Source of the DNA: Auanema rhodensis
Lineage: Eukaryota; Animalia; Nematoda
Assembly: GCA_964057225.1 (NCBI GenBank)
Contig: OZ059894.1
Span: forward strand, 22,320,001 to 22,384,000
Length of the DNA stretch: 64,000 bases
Direction of reading: 5' to 3'
This document shows, piece by piece, positions 55,810 to 64,000 of the stretch. Position 1 is the first letter of the stretch; the number at the start of each line of letters is the position of its first letter. The notes under the pieces are model-generated. The model did not search any database. It was not told the origin of the DNA and saw only the letters and a list, made by a program, of their open reading frames with translations. A program made the position numbers and the translations under genes.

Positions 55810-58800
55810 AAGCAATGTTGAGTGTACATGGAAACTCAACACACACTAATGCATCATTTTTCAAACGATCATAACTAATTTGTGTATTAAGCGTTTCTCA
55901 ATGTAGTTTAGTGCATTCGATGCGGATTTTTAAGCTGCGTCGATCTGTGTTATCAGATTTGCGCTAGCTTAAAAATGCACCGAGATATCAACTGATATAA
56001 GTTCACACTTATATCCTCGATTTTCACCCTGAAGAATTAATTTTTTCGTTGAATAACATTGTCCATCGTCTTTGCCTTAAAAAAAGGAATCTAAAAACAT
56101 CTACTTTTTGCTAAATTATTTTGAAATTTTTCGAAAAATTTTTGTCAAAATGTTTTTGGAAGCAATGTTGAGTGTACATGGAAACTCAACATACACTAAT
56201 GCATCATTTTTCAAACGATCATAACTAATTTTTGTATCAAACGTTTCTCAATGTAGTATAGTGCATTCGATGCGGATTTTTAAGCTGCGTCGATCTGTGT
56301 TATCAGATTTGCGCTAGCTTAAAAATGCACCGAGATATCAACTGATATAAGTTCACACTTATATCCTCGATTTTCACCCTGAAGAATTAATTTTTTCGTT
56401 GAATAACATTGTCCATCGTCTTTTCCTTGGAAAAAGGAATCTAAAAACATCTACTTTTTGCTGAATTATTCTGAAATTTTTCGAAAAAATTTTTGTCAAA
56501 ATGTTTTTGGAAGCAATGTTGAGTGTACATGGAAACTCAACATACACTAATGCATCATTTTTCAAACGATCATAACTAATTTTTGTATTAAGCGTTTCTC
56601 AATGTAGTATAGTGCATTCGATGCGGATTTTTAAGCTGCGTCGATCTGTATTATCAGATTTGCGCTAGCTTAAAAATGCACCGAGATATCAACTGATATA
56701 AGTTCACACTTATATCCTCGATTTTCACCCTGAAGAATTAATTTTTTCGTTGAATAACATTGTCCATCGTCTTTGCCTTGGAAAAAGGAATCTAAAAACA
56801 TCTACTTTTCGCTGAATTATTCTGAAATTTTTCGAAAAAATTTTTGTCAAAATGTTTTTGGAAGCAATGTTGAGTGTACATGGAAACTCAACATACACTA
56901 ATGCATCATTTTTCAAACGATCATAACTAATTTTTGTATTAAGCGTTTCTCAATGTAGTATAGTGCATTCGATGCGGATTTTTAAGCTGCGTCGATCTGT
57001 GTTATCAGATTTGCGCTAGCTTAAAAATGCACCGAGATATCAACTGATATAAGTTTACACTTATATCCTCGATTTTCACCCTGAAGAATTAATTTTTTCG
57101 TTGAATAACATTGTCCATCGTCTTTGCCTTGAAAAATGGAATCTAAAAACATCTACTTTTTGCTAAATTATTTTGAAATTTTTCGAAAAAATTTTTGTCA
57201 AAATGTTTTTGGAAGCAATGTTGAGTGTACATGGAAACTCAACATACACTAATGCATCATTTTTCAAACGATCATAACTAATTTTTGTATCAAACGTTTC
57301 TCAATGTAGTATAGTGCATTCGATGCGGATTTTTAAGCTGCGTCGATCTGTGTTATCAGATTTGCGCTAGCTTAAAAATGCACCGAGATATCAACTGATA
57401 TAAGTTCACACTTATATCCTCGATTTTCACCCTGAAGAATTAATTTTTTCGTTGAATAACATTGTCCATCGTCTTTGCCTCGAAAAAAGAAATCTAAAAA
57501 CATCTACTTTTTCTTAAATTATTTTGAAGTTTTTCGAAAAAATTTTTGTCAAAATGTTTTTGGAAGCAATGTTGAGTGTACATGGAAACTCAACATACAC
57601 TAATGCATCATTTTTCAAACGATCATAACTAATTTTTGTATTAAGCGTTTCTCAATGTAGTATAGTGCATTCGATGCGGATTTTTGAGCTGCGTCGATCT
57701 GTGTTATCAGATTTGCGCTAGCTTAAAAATGCACCGAGATATCAACTGATATAAGTTCACACTTATATCCTCGATTTTCACCCTGAAGAATTAATTTTTT
57801 CGTTGAATAACATTGTCCATCGTCTTTGCCTTGAAAAAAGGAATCTAAAAACATTTACTTTTTCCTAAATTATTTTGAAATTTTTCGAAAAAATTTTTGT
57901 CAAAATGTTTTTGGAAGCAATGTTGAGTGTACATGGAAACTCAACATACACTAATGCATCATTTTTCAAACGATCATAACTAATTTTTGTATCAAACGTT
58001 TCTCAATGTAGTATAGTGCATTCGATGCGGATTTGTAAGCTGCGTCGATCTGTGTTATCAGATTTGCGCTAGCTTAAAAATGCACCGAGATATCAACTGA
58101 TATAAGTTCACACTTATATCCTCGATTTTCACCCTGAAGAATTAATTTTTTCGTTGAATAACATTGTCCATCGTCTTTGCCTTAAAAAAAGGAATCTAAA
58201 AACATCTACTTTTTGCTAAATTATTTTGAAATTTTTCGAAAAATTTTTGTCAAAATGTTTTTGGAAGCAATGTTGAGTGTACATGGAAACTCAACATACA
58301 CTAATGCATCATTTTTCAAACGATCATAACTAATTTTTGTATCAAACGTTTCTCAATGTAGTATAGTGCATTCGATGCGGATTTTTAAGCTGCGTCGATC
58401 TGTGTTATCAGATTTGCGCTAGCTTAAAAATGCACCGAGATATCAACTGATATAAGTTCACACTTATATCCTCGATTTTCACCCTGAAGAATTAATTTTT
58501 TCGTTGAATAACATTGTCCATCGTCTTTTCCTTGGAAAAAGGAATCTAAAAACATCTACTTTTTGCTGAATTATTCTGAAATTTTTCGAAAAAATTTTTG
58601 TCAAAATGTTTTTGGAAGCAATGTTGAGTGTACATGGAAACTCAACATACACTAATGCATCATTTTTCAAACGATCATAACTAATTTTTGTATTAAGCGT
58701 TTCTCAATGTAGTATAGTGCATTCGATGCGGATTTTTAAGCTGCGTCGATCTGTATTATCAGATTTGCGCTAGCTTAAAAATGCACCGAGATATCAACTG

Positions 58801-61773
58801 ATATAAGTTCACACTTATATCCTCGATTTTCACCCTGAAGAATTAATTTTTTCGTTGAATAACATTGTCCATCGTCTTTGCCTTGGAAAAAGGAATCTAA
58901 AAACATCTACTTTTCGCTGAATTATTCTGAAATTTTTCGAAAAAATTTTTGTCAAAATGTTTTTGGAAGCAATGTTGAGTGTACATGGAAACTCAACATA
59001 CACTAATGCATCATTTTTCAAACGATCATAACTAATTTTTGTATTAAGCGTTTCTCAATGTAGTATAGTGCATTCGATGCGGATTTTTAAGCTGCGTCGA
59101 TCTGTGTTATCAGATTTGCGCTAGCTTAAAAATGCACCGAGATATCAACTGATATAAGTTTACACTTATATCCTCGATTTTCACCCTGAAGAATTAATTT
59201 TTTCGTTGAATAACATTGTCCATCGTCTTTGCCTTGGAAAAAGGAATCTAAAAACATCTACTTTTCGCTGAATTATTCTGAAATTTTTCGAAAAAATTTT
59301 TGTCAAAATGTTTTTGGAAGCAATGTTGAGTGTACATGGAAACTCAACATACACTAATGCATCATTTTTCAAACGATCATAACTAATTTTTGTATTAAGC
59401 GTTTCTCAATGTAGTATAGTGCATTCGATGCGGATTTTTAAGCTGCGTCGATCTGTGTTATCAGATTTGCGCTAGCTTAAAAATGCACCGAGATATCAAC
59501 TGATATAAGTTTACACTTATATCCTCGATTTTCACCCTGAAGAATTAATTTTTTCGTTGAATAACATTGTCCATCGTCTTTGCCTTGAAAAATGGAATCT
59601 AAAAACATCTACTTTTTGCTAAATTATTTTGAAATTTTTCGAAAAAATTTTTGTCAAAATGTTTTTGGAAGCAATGTTGAGTGTACATGGAAACTCAACA
59701 TACACTAATGCATCATTTTTCAAACGATCATAACTAATTTTTGTATCAAACGTTTCTCAATGTAGTATAGTGCATTCGATGCGGATTTTTAAGCTGCGTC
59801 GATCTGTGTTATCAGATTTGCGCTAGCTTAAAAATGCACCGAGATATCAACTGATATAAGTTCACACTTATATCCTCGATTTTCACCCTGAAGAATTAAT
59901 TTTTTCGTTGAATAACATTGTCCATCGTCTTTGCCTCGAAAAAAGAAATCTAAAAACATCTACTTTTTCCTAAATTATTTTGAAGTTTTTCGAAAAAATT
60001 TTTGTCAAAATGTTTTTGGAAGCAATGTTGAGTGTACATGGAAACTCAACATACACTAATGCATCATTTTTCAAACGATCATAACTAATTTTTGTATTAA
60101 GCGTTTCTCAATGTAGTATAGTGCATTCGATGCGGATTTTTGAGCTGCGTCGATCTGTGTTATCAGATTTGCGCTAGCTTAAAAATGCACCGAGATATCA
60201 ACTGATATAAGTTCACACTTATATCCTCGATTTTCACCCTGAAGAATTAATTTTTTCGTTGAATAACATTGTCCATCGTCTTTGCCTTGAAAAAAGGAAT
60301 CTAAAAACATTTACTTTTTCCTAAATTATTTTGAAATTTTTCGAAAAAATTTTTGTCAAAATGTTTTTGGAAGCAATGTTGAGTGTACATGGAAACTCAA
60401 CATACACTAATGCATCATTTTTCAAACGATCATAACTAATTTTTGTATCAAACGTTTCTCAATGTAGTATAGTGCATTCGATGCGGATTTGTAAGCTGCG
60501 TCGATCTGTGTTATCAGATTTGCGCTAGCTTAAAAATGCACCGAGATATCAACTGATATAAGTTCACACTTATATCCTCGATTTTCACCCTGAAGAATTA
60601 ATTTTTTCGTTGAATAACATTGTCCATCGTCTTTGCCTTAAAAAAAGGAATCTAAAAACATCTACTTTTTGCTAAATTATTTTGAAATTTTTCGAAAAAT
60701 TTTTGTCAAAATGTTTTTGGAAGCAATGTTGAGTGTACATGGAAACTCAACATACACTAATGCATCATTTTTCAAACGATCATAACTAATTTTTGTATCA
60801 AACGTTTCTCAATGTAGTATAGTGCATTCGATGCGGATTTTTAAGCTGCGTCGATCTGTGTTATCAGATTTGCGCTAGCTTAAAAATGCACCGAGATATC
60901 AACTGATATAAGTTCACACTTATATCCTCGATTTTCACCCTGAAGAATTAATTTTTTCGTTGAATAACATTGTCCATCGTCTTTTCCTTGGAAAAAGGAA
61001 TCTAAAAACATCTACTTTTTGCTGAATTATTCTGAAATTTTTCGAAAAAATTTTTGTCAAAATGTTTTTGGAAGCAATGTTGAGTGTACATGGAAACTCA
61101 ACATACACTAATGCATCATTTTTCAAACGATCATAACTAATTTTTGTATCAAACGTTTCTCAATGTAGTATAGTGCATTCGATGCGGATTTTTAAGCTGC
61201 GTCGATCTGTGTTATCAGATTTGCGCTAGCTTAAAAATGCACCGAGATATCAACTGATATAAGTTCACACTTATATCCTCGATTTTCACCCTGAAGAATT
61301 AATTTTTTCGTTGAATAACATTGTCCATCGTCTTTGCCTCGAAAAAAGAAATCTAAAAACATCTACTTTTTCCTAAATTATTTTGAAGTTTTTCGAAAAA
61401 ATTTTTGTCAAAATGTTTTTGGAAGCAATGTTGAGTGTACATGGAAACTCAACATACACTAATGCATCATTTTTCAAACGATCATAACTAATTTTTGTAT
61501 TAAGCGTTTCTCAATGTAGTATAGTGCATTCGATGCGGATTTTTGAGCTGCGTCGATCTGTGTTATCAGATTTGCGCTAGCTTAAAAATGCACCGAGATA
61601 TCAACTGATATAAGTTCACACTTATATCCTCGATTTTCACCCTGAAGAATTAATTTTTTCGTTGAATAACATTGTCCATCGTCTTTGCCTTGAAAAAAGG
61701 AATCTAAAAACATTTACTTTTTCCTAAATTATTTTGAAATTTTTCGAAAAAATTTTTGTCAAAATGTTTTTGG
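55810..61773. repeat. Higher-order repeat with three copies of 6, 7 and 4 monomers, each carrying the same 350-bp deletion monomer
   Basis: A5 replaces A6 after TTCG at ~56135, 58240 and 60696. The CTTTTCCTTGG monomer gives ORFs 56374, 58479 and 60935. ATTTGTAAG occurs at ~58035, 60491 and 61894. Confidence 0.9.
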
Positions 61774-64000
61774 AAGCAATGTTGAGTGTACATGGAAACT
61801 CAACATACACTAATGCATCATTTTTCAAACGATCATAACTAATTTTTGTATCAAACGTTTCTCAATGTAGTATAGTGCATTCGATGCGGATTTGTAAGCT
61901 GCGTCGATCTGTGTTATCAGATTTGCGCTAGCTTAAAAATGCACCGAGATATCAACTGATATAAGTTCACACTTATATCCTCGATTTTCACCCTGAAGAA
62001 TTAATTTTTTCGTTGAATAACATTGTCCATCGTCTTTGCCTTAGAAAAAGGAATCTAAAAACATCTACTTTTTGCTGAATTATTCTGAAATTTTTCGAAA
62101 AAATTTTTGTCAAAATGTTTTTGGAAGCAATGTTGAGTGTACATGGAAACTCAACATACACTAATGCATCATTTTTCAAACGATCATAACTAATTTTTGT
62201 ATTAAGCGTTTCTCAATGTAGTATAGTGCATTCGATGCGGATTTTTAAGCTGCGTCGATCTGTGTTATCAGATTTGAGCTAGCTTAAAAATGCACCGAGA
62301 TATCAACTGATATAAGTTTACACTTGTATCCTCGATTTTCACCCTGAAGAATTAATTTTTTCGTTGAATCACATTGTCCATCGTCTTTGCCTTAAAAAAA
62401 GGAATCTAAAAACATCTACTTTTTGCTAAATTATTTTGAAATTTTCCGAAAAAATTTTTGTCAAAATGTTTTTGGAAGCAATGTTGAGTGTACATGGAAA
62501 CTCAACATACACTAATGCATCATTTTTCAAACGATCATAACTAATTTTTGTATTAAGCGTTTCTCAATGTAGTATAGTGCATTCGATGCGGATTTTTGAG
62601 CTGCGTCGATCTGTGTTATCAGATTTGCGCTAGCTTAAAAATGCACCGAGATATCAACTGATATAAGTTCACACTTATATCCTCGATTTTCACCCTGAAG
62701 AATTAATTTTTTCGTTGAATAACATTGTCCATCGTCTTTGCCTTGAAAAAAGGAATCTAAAAACATTTACTTTTTCCTAAATTATTTTGAAATTTTTCGA
62801 AAAAATTTTTGTCAAAATGTTTTTGGAAGCAATGTTGAGTGTACATGGAAACTCAACATACACTAATGCATCATTTTTCAAACGATCATAACTAATTTTT
62901 GTATTAAGCGTTTCTCAATGTAGTATAGTGCATTCGATGCGGATTTTTAAGCTGCGTCGATCTGTGTTATCAGATTTGCGCTAGCTTAAAAATGCACCGA
63001 GATATCAACTGATATAAGTTCACACTTATATCCTCGATTTTCACCCTGAAGAATTAATTTTTTCGTTGAATAACATTGTCCATCGTCTTTGCCTTGAAAA
63101 AAGAAATCTAAAAACATCTACTTTTTCCTAAATTATTTTGAAGTTTTTCGAAAAAATTTTTGTCAAAATGTTTTTGGAAGCAATGTTGAGTGTACATGGA
63201 AACTCAACATACACTAATGCATCATTTTTCAAACGATCATAACTAATTTTTGTATTAAGCGTTTCTCAATGTAAAATAGTGCATTCGATGCGGATTTTTG
63301 AGCTGCGTCGATCTGTGTTATCAGATTTGCGCTAGCTTAAAAATGCACCGAGATATCAACTGATATAAGTTCACACTTATATCCTCGATTTTCACCCTGA
63401 AGAATTAATTTTTTCGTTGAATAACATTGTCCATCGTCTTTGCCTTGAAAAAAGAAATCTAAAAACATCTACTTTTTCCTAAATTATTTTGAAGTTTTTC
63501 GAAAAAATTTTTGTCAAAATGTTTTTGGAAGCAATGTTGAGTGTACATGGAAACTCAACATACACTAATGCATCATTTTTCAAACGATCATAACTAATTT
63601 TTGTATTAAGCGTTTCTCAATGTAAAATAGTGCATTCGATGCGGATTTTTGAGCTGCGTCGATCTGTGTTATCAGATTTGCGCTAGCTTAAAAATGCACC
63701 GAGATATCAACTGATATAAGTTCACACTTATATCCTCGATTTTCACCCTGAAGAATTAATTTTTTCGTTGAATAACATTGTCCATCGTCTTTGCCTTGAA
63801 AAAAGGAATCTAAAAACATTTACTTTTTCCTAAATTATTTTGAAATTTTTCGAAAAAATTTTTGTCAAAATGTTTTTGGAAGCAATGTTGAGTGTACATG
63901 GAAACTCAACATACACTAATGCATCATTTTTCAAACGATCATAACTAATTTTTGTATCAAACGTTTCTCATTGTAGTATAGTGCATTCGATGCGGATTTT

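Larger units (their letters stand above)
1..64000. repeat. Tandem satellite DNA array, 351-bp monomer, 182 complete copies plus a 121-bp partial copy, all in the same orientation; both ends of the array lie outside the window
   Basis: The unit AAGCAATGTTGAGTGTACATGG...CAAAATGTTTTTGG recurs at 1, 352, 703, ... 63880. ORF-track left coordinates are all 215 mod 351, give or take 0-3 bp of accumulated 1-bp indels (1970, 34964, 38122, 53918, 61988). Copy 1 has 112/351 G+C. Confidence 0.99.

Noticed and set aside
1970-62179. 47 near-identical 63/73-aa minus-strand ORFs (MKNDALVYVEFPCTLNIASK...) as a tandem gene family
   Set aside because: The 63-aa frame begins at TTG, spans the monomer junction, and is open only in the ~26% of copies where GCTAAA becomes GCTGAA or GCCAAA, removing a TAG. 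The other ~135 copies have the stop. I recognise no domain, and the K/F/I/N richness simply reflects the A/T tracts.
1-64000. CRISPR array or variable-cassette system
   Set aside because: There are no unique spacers or cassettes between the palindromic elements. The entire 351 bp is repeated with only point differences, and no cas, integrase or reverse transcriptase genes are present.
1-64000. Assembly artefact (collapsed or artificially expanded repeat)
   Set aside because: Copies carry position-specific, hierarchically shared SNP haplotypes consistent with real duplication history. Individual HOR copy numbers still need long-read confirmation.

Overview
The whole 64 kb window is one uninterrupted head-to-tail tandem satellite array: 182 full copies plus 121 bp of a 351-bp monomer. 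By hand count on copy 1 the monomer is about 32% G+C, and copies differ at only a few positions. I see no genes, transposon insertions, inversions or unique sequence. All 47 ORFs in the track are one chance frame inside the monomer, open only where a single SNP removes a stop. This looks like eukaryotic (peri)centromeric or heterochromatic satellite DNA, but I cannot name the family or organism. The structure of interest lies at three scales. (i) The monomer is largely built from dyad symmetries and hairpins. (ii) Diagnostic SNPs reveal short-lived local higher-order repeats of 2, 3, 5, 6/7 and 11/14 monomers. (iii) The order of rare variants in the first ~10 kb recurs 52-54 kb later, suggesting a very large tandem duplication. 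I found no evidence for a novel protein-coding system.
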